Positions 8,739-19,163 of a stretch of DNA of 64,000 bases are shown here, in pieces. The stretch covers positions 231,671-295,670 of the forward strand of contig CAZDWN010000002.1 in the NCBI GenBank assembly GCA_964509365.1, given 5' to 3'. The notes beneath the pieces are model-generated. The model was not told the origin of the DNA, did no database searches, and saw only the letters and a program-made list of their open reading frames with translations. The stretch is from an uncultured Pseudomonadales bacterium (GTDB taxonomy: Bacteria > Patescibacteriota > Microgenomatia > UBA1400 > UBA12028). Each line of letters opens with the position of its first letter. Position 1 is the stretch's first letter. A program made the position numbers and the translations under genes.

Positions 8739-10475
8739 CTACTTGCTACTGTCTACTTTTTTGGAAGCAGCTATAAATTCCAAAAACAACGGGTGTGGGT
8801 GCAACGGTGTCGACTTATATTCCGGATGCCCTTGGGTGCCCACAAAGAATGGATGCATCTCTTTTGGCAACTCGATCAGCTCAACCAAGTTTTCTTTGAC
8901 CGAACGACCGGAGACGATCACTCCTCGCTTCTCAAGCTCTGGCATGAACTCATCGTTACACTCGTAGCGATGACGATGGCGCTCGGAGGTGAGACCTTTG
9001 GCTTCATCGATCATTTGGCCATGTTTTTGGTACGCATCGAATGCAATCGTCCCGGGTTTGACGATGCAGTCCCAAGCTCCAAGTCTCATGGTCCCACCGT
9101 ACGCTCGATTTTCGAGCACTCGTTTTTGCTCAGGGATCATATGGACGACTTGATGAGGAGAGTTCGGGTCGACTTCTTGCGTATGCGCATCTTTCCAGCC
9201 GACGACATTGCGAGCAAATTCCACTATCGCGAGCTGCATCCCGTAGCACAAGCCCAAGTACGGCACTTTTTGCTCTCGGGCATATTGGACACTACGGATT
9301 TTCCCCTCCACTCCACGCTCACCCCAACCGATGGGGACGATGAGCCCGTTCAACGGTCCAAAGAACTTTGAAAGCTCTTCATTGGAATCTTTCCCCTCCT
9401 TTTGCATGCGCTCGACCTTGGCTGCATCGACCCAGACGATCTCTGTCTCGACTTCTTCTTCACTACTGGCATGGCGCAACGCGTCAATCAACGCAGCATA
9501 GCTATCTTTGAGCTGATAATCTCCAGTAGCGAGATACTTACCGACGATTGCGACTCGGATCGTCTTTTTCTTGGCGCTGGTGGCTTTTTTTACCATCACT
9601 TCCCAATCTGGCAAAGAGACGAGTGGAGTCAATGAAGTATCTGGATTGATTTTGAGTTCTTCGAGGATGAGATCGTCAAATTGTTGATCCCGAAACGTCA
9701 GTGGGATCTCATAGACGTTGTCGACATCAGGAGCGTCGATAATATGTGAGCTTTCGACATTACAAAAGAGTGCAAATCGGTCACGGCGACGCTGATCCAT
9801 ACTCTTTGCGGCTCGAGCGACGATGAAATCTGGTTGGATGCCGAGTGAGTTGAGTGTATGGACTGAAAGTTGTGTGGGTTTGGTTTTTGGCTCACCAATG
9901 TGCGCTGGAGTGGGTAAGTAACTGACGTGCACATGGATGACTCGTTGCTTATGTGCATAGCGCAGCATGCGTGAAGCTTCGTAATAGAGGATATTGAGAT
10001 ACTCTCCGACTGTACCGCCCAGTTCTACTAAGACGATTTGCGCTTTATCCTTTTCTGCAGCGAGATTGATCCGGCCGATGATCTCGTCACAGACATGCGG
10101 CATCTCGACATCTTCCCCATTGTACCCAAATGCACGCTCTCGATCGATGACAGCCTTGTAGATTTGTCCCATGGTCACGAAGTTTGGTTTCCCAAGCTCT
10201 TGACCTAGGAATTTTTCATACGTCCCCAGATCCATGTCGGACTCGGTCCCGTCATTGCACAAAAATGGATCACCATGTTCTATAGGGTTGATTAGGCCTG
10301 AGTCTATATTGAGATAGTTCTCACATTTTACGACGGTGACACGAAAGCCTTTGGCTTTGAGGAGCAAACCGAGTGAGGCGGTGACGACGCCTTTCCCGAG
10401 CGAGGAGAGGACTCCACCAGAGATAAAAATGTATTTGAGATCTTTATGGGTTTTGGGTTTGTCTGTTTGAGGCAT
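8739..10475 (-). CDS. pyrG: CTP synthase (start at the internal Met, MPQTDK...)
   Basis: N-terminal KYIFISGGVLSSLGKG and the C-terminal glutamine amidotransferase region GLCYGMQ. The chosen start avoids an overlap with dnaE. Confidence 0.9.
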   Translation of the reverse strand: MPQTDKPKTHKDLKYIFISGGVLSSLGKGVVTASLGLLLKAKGFRVTVVKCENYLNIDSGLINPIEHGDPFLCNDGTESDMDLGTYEKFLGQELGKPNFVTMGQIYKAVIDRERAFGYNGEDVEMPHVCDEIIGRINLAAEKDKAQIVLVELGGTVGEYLNILYYEASRMLRYAHKQRVIHVHVSYLPTPAHIGEPKTKPTQLSVHTLNSLGIQPDFIVARAAKSMDQRRRDRFALFCNVESSHIIDAPDVDNVYEIPLTFRDQQFDDLILEELKINPDTSLTPLVSLPDWEVMVKKATSAKKKTIRVAIVGKYLATGDYQLKDSYAALIDALRHASSEEEVETEIVWVDAAKVERMQKEGKDSNEELSKFFGPLNGLIVPIGWGERGVEGKIRSVQYAREQKVPYLGLCYGMQLAIVEFARNVVGWKDAHTQEVDPNSPHQVVHMIPEQKRVLENRAYGGTMRLGAWDCIVKPGTIAFDAYQKHGQMIDEAKGLTSERHRHRYECNDEFMPELEKRGVIVSGRSVKENLVELIELPKEMHPFFVGTQGHPEYKSTPLHPHPLFLEFIAASKKVDSSK

Positions 10476-10486
10476 AGGGTATTGTA

Positions 10487-13400
10487 TCAAGAGGATAAGA
10501 TTTTGTGTACCGTTTCTTGCGTTTCTTGATTCCAAGCGACGGTATACGGCAAACGCATGACCGTTTGCGCATCACCGTTCGGGATGACCACGGACAGCAT
10601 ATCCGGACCTGGCACTGATTTCAAATAGGTACCGATCTCTTGCAGTTTTTCTTTTGGTACTCCTCGTGGGATCGTCAACACCGCTCCTGCCGCCACTTGT
10701 GGGACGATGACTTGAGGCTCCCTCGCTTTTTCCACTTGCAGCGAGAGTTTCTCTTCGCGCAACGACAATTTGCCTTTGAATATGACAATCCCATCTTTTT
10801 TGAAAAATTCTTTGCACTGGGCATACGTTCGAGGGAATGCGACAAATTCTAGACTCCCGGTTCCATCTTCCAGTGTCCCAAAACACATTTCTTCCTGCTT
10901 CACTTTCGTCAGCACGGTGCGGACAGAGGAGATATAGCCTCCGAGTGTGACGACTTTCTCTGCATCGATACTCGGGTCGAGTGCGCCGATCTTATGTGAC
11001 GTCATCTTTCCCACTTCTTCGAGAGCATCGGCCATCGGATGTCTCGTGAGATAAAATCCCAAGAGCTCTTTTTCAAACGAAAGAAGTTCACCTTGCGGAT
11101 ACTCAGGAAGCTTCTCAAATGTATCTTGCGCACTTTGCTTTTCTTCGATCCCTGTGAAGAGTCCATCTTGCCCTTCCACTTCGCCGGTCAGCCCTCCGAC
11201 ATTTGCGCGGATTGATTCCAAATTCTCAAGCATCGACGAGCGAGTCGAAAATGAATCAAATGCGCCCACTCGGATCAAACTCTCAAGTACTTTTTTATTG
11301 ATCTTCCGACTGTCACTCCGCTGCAGGAAATCAGTAAACGAGACAAATGGTCCAGCTTTGCGGGCCTCCACCATACTTTCGATAGCTGCCTCACCGACGT
11401 TTTTGATGGCTGACAAACCAAATCGAATTGCACCGTCATCGATCGAAAATCGAACCGCTGATTTGTTTATTTCAGGCGGGAGGACATTGATTCCCATGCG
11501 ACGACAATCCGCTACTGCTTGAGCGGTTTTCTCTTCTTTCCCTGCGCCCAAAGAGTTACTTTCTACCGAGAGCACGGCGCACATATACTCGATGGGGTAA
11601 TTCGCTTTCATCCAGCCTGTGTAATACGAGATCATGGCATAACTCGCACTATGAGCCTTGTTGAATCCATAGCCTGCAAATTTCTCAATAAATCCCCAAA
11701 CGGTATCTATAGTCTTTTGATCGTACCCTTTGGCCTTGGCACCCTTTCCGAACTTTTCCTTTTCTTTGACCATGATCTCGATCTTTTTCTTTCCGATGGC
11801 TCTTCGCAATTCATCCGCTTGCCCGAGACTAAAACCCGCCATGACGCTCGCAGCTTGCATACACTGCTCTTGGTACAGCAAGATGCCGTAGGTGTCTTTG
11901 AGCACCGGTTCGAGATCTGGATGCGGATACTTGATGGACTTGGGATCTTGTTTACCAGCGATAAAGTCATCGATCAGCGCCATTGGACCAGGTCGATAGA
12001 GCGCGACCATAGCGGTAAGGTCAGAGAAGACGCTCGGTTTGAGGCCTCGTGCCAGCTTACGCATGCCGCCCGACTCCATTTGAAAGATACCGGTAGTCTC
12101 TCCCGACGCGATCATTTCGAAGACTTTTTTGTCGTCGAGTGGCACAGTTGCCAGCTCTACGGTTTTTCCTTGCGTTTCTTTGATGACGCGGATCGCTTCT
12201 TCGAGAATCGACAAGTTACGAAGACCCAAGAAATCCATCTTCAAGACACCGATCGCTTGATTACTGATATTGAGATCCAAGACTCGCATGTCATATTGCG
12301 TGACGATTTTTCCCGTCTTGTTATCTTTTTGGATCGGGGTGTACTCGATCAGCGGCTTATCAGAGATCAAGACGCCAGCGGCGTGCACACTCGTGTGTCT
12401 TGCGTTGCTTTCGACACGCATTGCAAGATCGAGCAATTGTTTGTACTTTGGCTGTTCGTAAAATGCTTGAAGTTCTGGGACACTTTGGAGGGCGTCGATA
12501 ATATGGACGACGTGGCCTTGAATTGGATCTGGAATCAGCTTGGCGATACGATCTGTCTCAGTGAAACTTAATCCCATCACGCGCCCGATATCACGGAGCG
12601 CTGCTCGACTTTCCATGCGTCCAAACGTGATGATTTGCGCGACTTTGTCGGCTCCATATTTTTGAGTGACGTAGGCGATCACTTCATCGCGTCGGTTATC
12701 TGCAAAATCGATATCGATATCTGGAGTACTGGATCGCTCTGGATTCATGAACCGTTCAAACGGCAGATCATGCACAAATGGATCCAGCGTTGTGATATTG
12801 AGAGAGTACGCAAGCATTGATCCTGCTGCACTTCCGCGACCAGGGCCAACGAAGATTCCATTATCTTTGGACCAGTTGACGAAATCTTGCACGATCAAAA
12901 AGTACGTTAGATAGCCTTTTTCCCCAATGACATCGATCTCATAATTGAGACGAGCGGCGACTGATGGGAGACTTCGCCCGTCAGGATGGATACGGAGGTC
13001 GTCACTTCGAAAATTGATATGCTCACTGATTCCAGGGTATCTATTTTCCAGTCTGCTAAATGCCAGTTTCTGAGTGAAGGTTTGCGGCGTGTCACCTTCT
13101 GGGATCTCAAAGATCGGGAAATGCGCTTTGCCAAGTGGGATTTCGAGATTACATTTGTCTGCAATTGCCATTGTATTCGCAACTGCGTCAGGAACTGCTG
13201 CAAAATCTATCGCCATCTCTTCTTGTGATTTGAGGTAAAAATCTGTTCCCGTCATCTTCATGCGATCGGTATCGCTGAGGAGTTTACGAGTCCCAATACA
13301 CAGGAGTGCATCTTGCGCAGGTGCGTCAGATTGACTGACATAGTGAGCATCATTCGTGGCGACGAGTGGGATCCCAAGTTCTCGTGAGAGCTTGATCATC

Positions 13401-13966
13401 TCCTCACAGTGTTTCTCGACTTCTGGGATCTCGGGATGATGTTGGATCTCTATGTAGAAGTCTTCACCAAAAAGATCTCGGTATTTTTTGAGTTCCTCAA
13501 CACACTCATCGCGCAGTCCGCTCATGAGGAGTTTACTAAATCGACTCGCAAGACAGCCAGACGTGACAATGAGGCCTTCGTGATATTTTGAAAGCGTTTC
13601 AAAATCAAACCGTGGTTTATACGAAAACCCCCGAAGATGAGCCTCACTGGTCAGCTTGAGGAGGTTTTGATACCCGACGTAGTTTTTGGCGAGCAGCAAG
13701 ATATGAAACTGATCTGCGCCTGGTTTTGCCTGTTTCTCTTCCATCGACCTGGCAGACATGTAGCCTTCGATCCCAATGATTGGTTTGAGTCCCTTATCTT
13801 TCGCTTTATTGTAAAAATGCACCGCACCATACATGACCCCGTGGTCAGTGATCGCGACAGCAGTTTGACCGTCGTCAGCTACTCGATCGAGAATATCAGG
13901 GATTTTCGAGAGCCCGTCGAGCAATGAGTACTCGGTGTGGACATGCAGATGGGTAAATGTCGCCAT
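10487..13966 (-). CDS. dnaE: DNA polymerase III alpha subunit
   Basis: PHP domain at the N-terminus (HLHVHTEYSLLDG). The 1159-aa length and polymerase core motifs fit DnaE. Confidence 0.9.
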   Translation of the reverse strand: MATFTHLHVHTEYSLLDGLSKIPDILDRVADDGQTAVAITDHGVMYGAVHFYNKAKDKGLKPIIGIEGYMSARSMEEKQAKPGADQFHILLLAKNYVGYQNLLKLTSEAHLRGFSYKPRFDFETLSKYHEGLIVTSGCLASRFSKLLMSGLRDECVEELKKYRDLFGEDFYIEIQHHPEIPEVEKHCEEMIKLSRELGIPLVATNDAHYVSQSDAPAQDALLCIGTRKLLSDTDRMKMTGTDFYLKSQEEMAIDFAAVPDAVANTMAIADKCNLEIPLGKAHFPIFEIPEGDTPQTFTQKLAFSRLENRYPGISEHINFRSDDLRIHPDGRSLPSVAARLNYEIDVIGEKGYLTYFLIVQDFVNWSKDNGIFVGPGRGSAAGSMLAYSLNITTLDPFVHDLPFERFMNPERSSTPDIDIDFADNRRDEVIAYVTQKYGADKVAQIITFGRMESRAALRDIGRVMGLSFTETDRIAKLIPDPIQGHVVHIIDALQSVPELQAFYEQPKYKQLLDLAMRVESNARHTSVHAAGVLISDKPLIEYTPIQKDNKTGKIVTQYDMRVLDLNISNQAIGVLKMDFLGLRNLSILEEAIRVIKETQGKTVELATVPLDDKKVFEMIASGETTGIFQMESGGMRKLARGLKPSVFSDLTAMVALYRPGPMALIDDFIAGKQDPKSIKYPHPDLEPVLKDTYGILLYQEQCMQAASVMAGFSLGQADELRRAIGKKKIEIMVKEKEKFGKGAKAKGYDQKTIDTVWGFIEKFAGYGFNKAHSASYAMISYYTGWMKANYPIEYMCAVLSVESNSLGAGKEEKTAQAVADCRRMGINVLPPEINKSAVRFSIDDGAIRFGLSAIKNVGEAAIESMVEARKAGPFVSFTDFLQRSDSRKINKKVLESLIRVGAFDSFSTRSSMLENLESIRANVGGLTGEVEGQDGLFTGIEEKQSAQDTFEKLPEYPQGELLSFEKELLGFYLTRHPMADALEEVGKMTSHKIGALDPSIDAEKVVTLGGYISSVRTVLTKVKQEEMCFGTLEDGTGSLEFVAFPRTYAQCKEFFKKDGIVIFKGKLSLREEKLSLQVEKAREPQVIVPQVAAGAVLTIPRGVPKEKLQEIGTYLKSVPGPDMLSVVIPNGDAQTVMRLPYTVAWNQETQETVHKILSS

Positions 13967-13970
13967 TCGC

Positions 13971-15617
13971 CTATCCTACGAAAAAATCAGGGAAAAGAGA
14001 AGTGGTTATCTCTGACACATCGGTTCTCAGTTCTTCGACATCGTCAGTGAGCCGACCAAGGTACACTTTCGACAACGACTGAGCCAAGGCAGCTATGAGG
14101 CTCGTGTCCTTTGTATAGGTCTCGATGTCGTGTGCAGAGACTTGGTGACTGGCTCCAAAGTCTTGTAAAGACTTACGAATCATATCTGCAACAAGAGCTT
14201 GAATTGTTGTAGAGAATTCTTTTGCTCTAGTATCTTTCAGATCATCAAGAGTGAAAAATTCGACTTTCTCGGCCAATGTTACGTGGGAGGTCTCAAATGT
14301 ACTCAATAATTCTTTGTATCGACTCTTTTCGGCTGAAGTGAAGAGTCCGGTACCTATTTTCGATGGATCTGCGAAATCGCGAATTTCTTTGAGTCGTTGT
14401 ATCTCAGCCGGAAGTGAAGTAAGTATCTTAGTTGCATACGCATGTATCGACGCACCGACGCCTCTCTCCGGTACGGCCTGCAAAGATCGTATGAAATCAG
14501 CAAATTCCTCAGTACTTGGATTTGACAAGAAATCTATGCAGTCGCTCATGCCAAAAGGTAGTGCCGGACTCTCTCCACGTCGGACAGTCTGGAATTCAGT
14601 GATGATGGAGCTAAACTCATTTCGAATGGCTTTCAGCTTAGAATTCTTTTCCATGGATTTCGCTAGAAGCGACACCGCATCGCACTGCCATGAAGCTCGA
14701 TCGACCAGAAGATTTGGATTGTCACTGACCAAGGTTTCAATCACTTTTGGAAATAGCTCGCCGATAAATTCTTGACTCATTGAATCTGATACGACATGAT
14801 TCTCGCGAGTGATGAGTTTACCTAACGACTCTGTCAACGTAGATTTATGCTGAAGTTGCAAACGGCAATCACCGGAACGCACTTCTTGCAGAACCTCTTC
14901 ACATGTAGCAGGAGTCAAGGCCGTCGTAAGTATTGATGCCCGCTCGTTTTTATACAACATAGAAAGCTTTTCTTGGATTGCTTTGTCGAGTGCTTGCACG
15001 ATATCGTCTCTTTTTTCATCAATCGATGAAGCGAGCTGCGCTATCTGCGTTTCATTCCAATCTTCAGTTACATCGCCAAATCCAAAATACTCAACAAAGT
15101 CGTTTGCATTATCGCTATCCAAGTCATCCAATTCATCGTGAACTGTATTGAGCGTTTGCATGAGCACTTTCATCAATTCTACGTTCGTGACCTCAAGTTC
15201 AGGATGAAGCTCACTCTTAATTTCCCGAAAAAATTCAAGCTTCGATTCATACGCAGCATTGAAATGTTCAAGAAGATGATCACTGCATGTGGCTGAGGGA
15301 TTTTCGCAAACTGAAATCACCTCCAATGCCACTGTTTCCTTTGCGATTTGCTCATCGGAAATCAGTTGTAGCCAAACAAATGTATTATTTTCACCCATAC
15401 ACAGAAGCAATTTGCGAGATTCCTCGAAAACGTAAGTAAATTGAAGGCCTTCCCCAAACGCCTCCCGCAATAGCGCATAAATCTGGTCGAGGGTGTATCG
15501 AACGTTGCCAACTTCGAAAGTATGACAATCCACCCACAAATTATCGGCAAATAGCTTATAGAGTGGTTGCTCTTCCCAATCTTCAGTTGAACGATTGTTT
15601 TCAGTGGAATTAGGCAT
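13971..15617 (-). CDS. hypothetical acidic protein (about 548 aa from Met41) between dnaE and gatB
   Basis: Long intact ORF with no recognisable motif, in operon context with housekeeping genes. Confidence 0.5.
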   Translation of the reverse strand: MPNSTENNRSTEDWEEQPLYKLFADNLWVDCHTFEVGNVRYTLDQIYALLREAFGEGLQFTYVFEESRKLLLCMGENNTFVWLQLISDEQIAKETVALEVISVCENPSATCSDHLLEHFNAAYESKLEFFREIKSELHPELEVTNVELMKVLMQTLNTVHDELDDLDSDNANDFVEYFGFGDVTEDWNETQIAQLASSIDEKRDDIVQALDKAIQEKLSMLYKNERASILTTALTPATCEEVLQEVRSGDCRLQLQHKSTLTESLGKLITRENHVVSDSMSQEFIGELFPKVIETLVSDNPNLLVDRASWQCDAVSLLAKSMEKNSKLKAIRNEFSSIITEFQTVRRGESPALPFGMSDCIDFLSNPSTEEFADFIRSLQAVPERGVGASIHAYATKILTSLPAEIQRLKEIRDFADPSKIGTGLFTSAEKSRYKELLSTFETSHVTLAEKVEFFTLDDLKDTRAKEFSTTIQALVADMIRKSLQDFGASHQVSAHDIETYTKDTSLIAALAQSLSKVYLGRLTDDVEELRTDVSEITTSLFPDFFVG

Positions 15618-15667
15618 AACAAGTCCTAGAAGTAAAATGTGATTATACTCCAAAGATTTGACGAAGC

Positions 15668-16978
15668 TTACCTGAGTGAATCGCGAAGCGCATTCATGAG
15701 AACCGTGGTATCGACATTGCCGAGTTTCTTTTTGCACATGCCTACGAGGAAGCCAATAACTTGTTGCTTCCCGGCTTTGTAGTCAGCGACTGCTTTTGGA
15801 TTTTGTGAGATTACTTCTTGGATGGCCGCACCTAGCGTAGAGTCATCTATGGAGCTCGTTTGCGATAAATCCTTTGACGCAGCGATGAGTGAAGCGGCAT
15901 CATTCGACATCAGAATCTTTTTGTTGACGAGTTGCGTGACGAGTTTAAGCGCATCAGGATAAGATGCGAGCACTTCATCAATGATTGCTACATTGGCAGG
16001 ATCTTCCGATAGGATAGCTGCTTCGGTAGGTTTCATTCCCTTTTGGATCCACTCGGCGATCACTTGGTCAGGAAGTTTCGGCAAAGAAAGCTTCAGTTCA
16101 TCGATGTATCCTTGCGTGAAATGCACCGGTGGAAGATCGGGATCAGGGAAATATCGGTAATCTTCAGCTGATTCTTTGGACCGCTGGGCGAAGGTTTGAT
16201 TTTTGTTTTCATTCCATCCGCGTGTCTCTTGCGTCGGCAACTTAGTCATTTCACGTATTTCACTCTGACGAATCATTTCGTACGCAATTGCCTTTTCTAT
16301 GTATCGAAATGAGTTCAGGTTTTTGACCTCAACCTTGTAATCAGGAAGCTTTCCCTTTTGCCTTTCACCTTCAGTTTGTACACTGATGTTCGCTTCCAGC
16401 CGCATCGATCCTTTTTCCATGTCCGCCAGACTCACATCCAAATACTTGATGAGTTGATGGATTTTCTTGGCATATGCTTTTGCTTGCTCAGGTGAATGAA
16501 TGTCAGGTTCGGTCACAATCTCGACCAAAGGGACTGAGGATCGGTTGAAGTCAATCAAGCTTACTTTTTTTCCATCAATTTCTTGATGTGATAACTTTGC
16601 GGTATCCTCTTCCAAGTGCACACGGGTGATACGTACGTCGCCAAATTCAGTTTTCACTAAGCCTTTGACACACAGCGGCTGATCATACTGAGAAATCTGA
16701 TACCCCTTCGGCAAATCAGGATAAAAATAGTGCTTGCGATCAAATTTTGAAAACAGCGCAATTTCACATCCGAGTGCTTGACCGATCTTGATCGTCCATT
16801 CGATCGCCTGCTTGTTCGCGACTGGTAGCGCACCAGGCATACCAAGGCAAACTGAGCAGGTGTAAATGTTCGGTTCTTTGGCACCAAATGGGTCATTCAC
16901 ACATCCACAAAACATTTTACTTTTTGTCTTGAGCTCTACGTGTATTTCGATGCCGACGATGAGAGAGTACTTTGAATC
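15668..16978 (-). CDS. gatB: aspartyl/glutamyl-tRNA amidotransferase subunit B
   Basis: GIEIHVEL...MFCGC...CSVCLGMPGALP, typical of GatB. Confidence 0.9.
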   Translation of the reverse strand, partial: DSKYSLIVGIEIHVELKTKSKMFCGCVNDPFGAKEPNIYTCSVCLGMPGALPVANKQAIEWTIKIGQALGCEIALFSKFDRKHYFYPDLPKGYQISQYDQPLCVKGLVKTEFGDVRITRVHLEEDTAKLSHQEIDGKKVSLIDFNRSSVPLVEIVTEPDIHSPEQAKAYAKKIHQLIKYLDVSLADMEKGSMRLEANISVQTEGERQKGKLPDYKVEVKNLNSFRYIEKAIAYEMIRQSEIREMTKLPTQETRGWNENKNQTFAQRSKESAEDYRYFPDPDLPPVHFTQGYIDELKLSLPKLPDQVIAEWIQKGMKPTEAAILSEDPANVAIIDEVLASYPDALKLVTQLVNKKILMSNDAASLIAASKDLSQTSSIDDSTLGAAIQEVISQNPKAVADYKAGKQQVIGFLVGMCKKKLGNVDTTVLMNALRDSLR

Positions 16979-16982
16979 CATA

Positions 16983-18392
16983 CTATTTTGTCCACGAATT
17001 AAAATGTGAATTTTCTTCAAATACTTGTCCGACGCGTATCACTCGTTCTTCTTGCCACATTGGAGCGACGATATTGAGTCCAAGATACAAGTTCGTCTGC
17101 TCATCGTGTGCCATGGGGACATTGAGCCCAGTCAGTCCACTGATGGAGCTGGGTTCCATCAGCATATCTTCGAGTTCACCAAACATAGGATTGTCTCCGC
17201 TTGCACCGAGCTTTTGAGCGTATCCTGGTGACGATGGCGAGATCAAGACATCGTAGGACTTGAACAATTCTTCAAAGTTCTTGCGGTACATCGTGCGCAC
17301 TTGCTGTGCTTTCACATAATATTTATCTGCGTACCCTTTCGAGAGCGTGAAGGTCCCAAGCATCAGTCGACGACGCGCTTCTGTCCCGAAATTTGAGCGG
17401 TCTTGCCCATAGCGAACTCCATCATATCTTCCTAGATTACTGCTGACTTCAGAGCGCTGTACGACTGTATACACTGCGATCGACAGATCTGGAGACAAGA
17501 TTTTTCCCGACTCGAGCGTCTCAGACAATGCAATATGATCCACAATTGCACCGTTGGCTTCCAATATTTTGCCAGCTGCCTCGACGGCAATGGCCGCAGG
17601 AGTCCCAACGAGTTGCGAGTGATCAATATAGACGATTCCGATACGGAGTCCTTTGACTCCTTGCGTGAGTGCGTTCGTGAAATCTGGGACTGCTTGGGTA
17701 GAAGTCGTCCCATCATACGGGTCATGACCAGCGATATGATTGAGCAAGATCGCACAATCTCCGACCGTTTTTCCCATCGGACCAGGACTATCGAGTGATG
17801 AGCCCATCGCCACTACTCCGTATCGACTACAGCGACCATACGTGGGCTTGAGGCCGACAATGCCGCACCACGAGGATGGTTGCCTGATAGAGCCAGCAGT
17901 TTCTGACCCTATACCAGCGATACACAGATCGTCCGCCACGGCAGCAGCGGTCCCTCCTGAAGATCCTCCAGGAAGATATTCCGGATTACGAGGGTTTTTG
18001 GTGACGCCAAAATCTGAGGTCTCGGTACTACTTCCATGCGCAAACGCATCCATATTTGTCTTGCCAAGGATCGTCGCTCCCGCAGACGTCACTTCCTTCG
18101 TCACTGTCGATTCATACGGTGGGATAAATCCACGGAGGATATTTGAACTTGCTGTCGTCTCGATGCCGGTTGTCAAGAAATTGTCTTTGACCGCGATTGG
18201 AGCACCAGCGAGTGGTAAAGCTTTCCGTTCTTCCGCTTGAGTTTTTGCATCCGGGTTTTGTGCCAAATATACGTTGTATTTTGGATTATCAGCTGCAATC
18301 GCCGCTTGGATTTCAGTCACGACTTCACTTGGTGAAATTTCCTTGGCTTTTACTTTTTCGAGATATTTTTTTAGTGTTAATTCTCTGTACAT
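16983..18392 (-). CDS. gatA: aspartyl/glutamyl-tRNA amidotransferase subunit A (amidase signature)
   Basis: Gly/Ser-rich amidase-signature sequence GGSSGGTAAAVA. Confidence 0.9.
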   Translation of the reverse strand: MYRELTLKKYLEKVKAKEISPSEVVTEIQAAIAADNPKYNVYLAQNPDAKTQAEERKALPLAGAPIAVKDNFLTTGIETTASSNILRGFIPPYESTVTKEVTSAGATILGKTNMDAFAHGSSTETSDFGVTKNPRNPEYLPGGSSGGTAAAVADDLCIAGIGSETAGSIRQPSSWCGIVGLKPTYGRCSRYGVVAMGSSLDSPGPMGKTVGDCAILLNHIAGHDPYDGTTSTQAVPDFTNALTQGVKGLRIGIVYIDHSQLVGTPAAIAVEAAGKILEANGAIVDHIALSETLESGKILSPDLSIAVYTVVQRSEVSSNLGRYDGVRYGQDRSNFGTEARRRLMLGTFTLSKGYADKYYVKAQQVRTMYRKNFEELFKSYDVLISPSSPGYAQKLGASGDNPMFGELEDMLMEPSSISGLTGLNVPMAHDEQTNLYLGLNIVAPMWQEERVIRVGQVFEENSHFNSWTK

Positions 18393-18416
18393 ATTTGTAA
18401 CCGAATTTCTTTTCTT

Positions 18417-18716
18417 TTACTCTCCTATCAGTTGATCGACGACAATATATCCTGCATGCGTTCGTTTTGCGTTCGAAAGTGCTTGCGCTTGGGTAAACAT
18501 TCGCTCGGGAGCCACGACATCTTCACGAAAAACATTTTCAAGACCGGTCACTTGATTGGTTGGAGCGATACCCGTCGTATCGACTCGGTTGAGATTCTCG
18601 ACGACACCAAGCGTGGTCGTAAATCCAGCTGCAAGTTTGATACTTTCTTCTGAAGTGATTGGGATATTTGCAAGTTGTGAGATGTGATCGACCAATTTTG
18701 GATCAATGACGGACAT
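18417..18716 (-). CDS. gatC: aspartyl/glutamyl-tRNA amidotransferase subunit C
   Basis: About 99 aa and located directly upstream of gatA. The C-terminal region is GatC-like. Confidence 0.7.
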   Translation of the reverse strand: MSVIDPKLVDHISQLANIPITSEESIKLAAGFTTTLGVVENLNRVDTTGIAPTNQVTGLENVFREDVVAPERMFTQAQALSNAKRTHAGYIVVDQLIGE

Positions 18717-18763
18717 ATCATCGTATTGTAAGACACAACTCATCTCAAGCCAAGTGAGAAACC

Positions 18764-19135
18764 CTAGGATTGCAAGACACCTTTGTAATAGTTTTTCAGA
18801 AGTGCCGTTGCACGCGGTGAATGATCACGTCCTCGCCCACCCATGCTATGAAAGGCGCTGGTCGCATCGTGGCCGCACTGATTTGCAATTGCCGAGACAC
18901 CACCAGGATGCACAGTGAGATATGCACTTAGATCGTAGACATTTCCGTCCAGGCTGACCCAACAATCGGATGTCGACGTATGAGAGGCGATATCACTTGC
19001 AGTAAACCCAGCAAGTTTCCCGCTCGTAGTTTGGCCAGCCGTGGCCAAAGGACTAGTTGACGCTTGGGTGGTTGCATTGGTGCATCCAGATAACATCAAT
19101 GAGGCGATGAGAAGGATTGAAAGTGATTTCTTCAT
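18764..19135 (-). CDS. cytochrome b5-like heme-binding domain lipoprotein (about 124 aa)
   Basis: Lipobox LMLSGC. The stretch VYDLSAYLTVHPGG...GHDATSAF matches the cytochrome b5 heme-ligand motifs (HPGG plus a second His). Confidence 0.6.
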   Translation of the reverse strand: MKKSLSILLIASLMLSGCTNATTQASTSPLATAGQTTSGKLAGFTASDIASHTSTSDCWVSLDGNVYDLSAYLTVHPGGVSAIANQCGHDATSAFHSMGGRGRDHSPRATALLKNYYKGVLQS

Positions 19136-19163
19136 TCCCAGATCATAGCTGTGCAGTTTGAGA

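Noticed and set aside
8559-9371. 270-aa plus-strand ORF
   Set aside because: It is antisense to pyrG, so it is a shadow ORF.
11519-12571. 350-aa plus-strand ORF
   Set aside because: It is entirely antisense to dnaE and has no ribosome-binding site or motifs, so it is a shadow ORF.
14251-14775. 174-aa plus-strand ORF
   Set aside because: It is antisense to the 548-aa orphan gene and is Ser-rich low complexity, so it is likely spurious.
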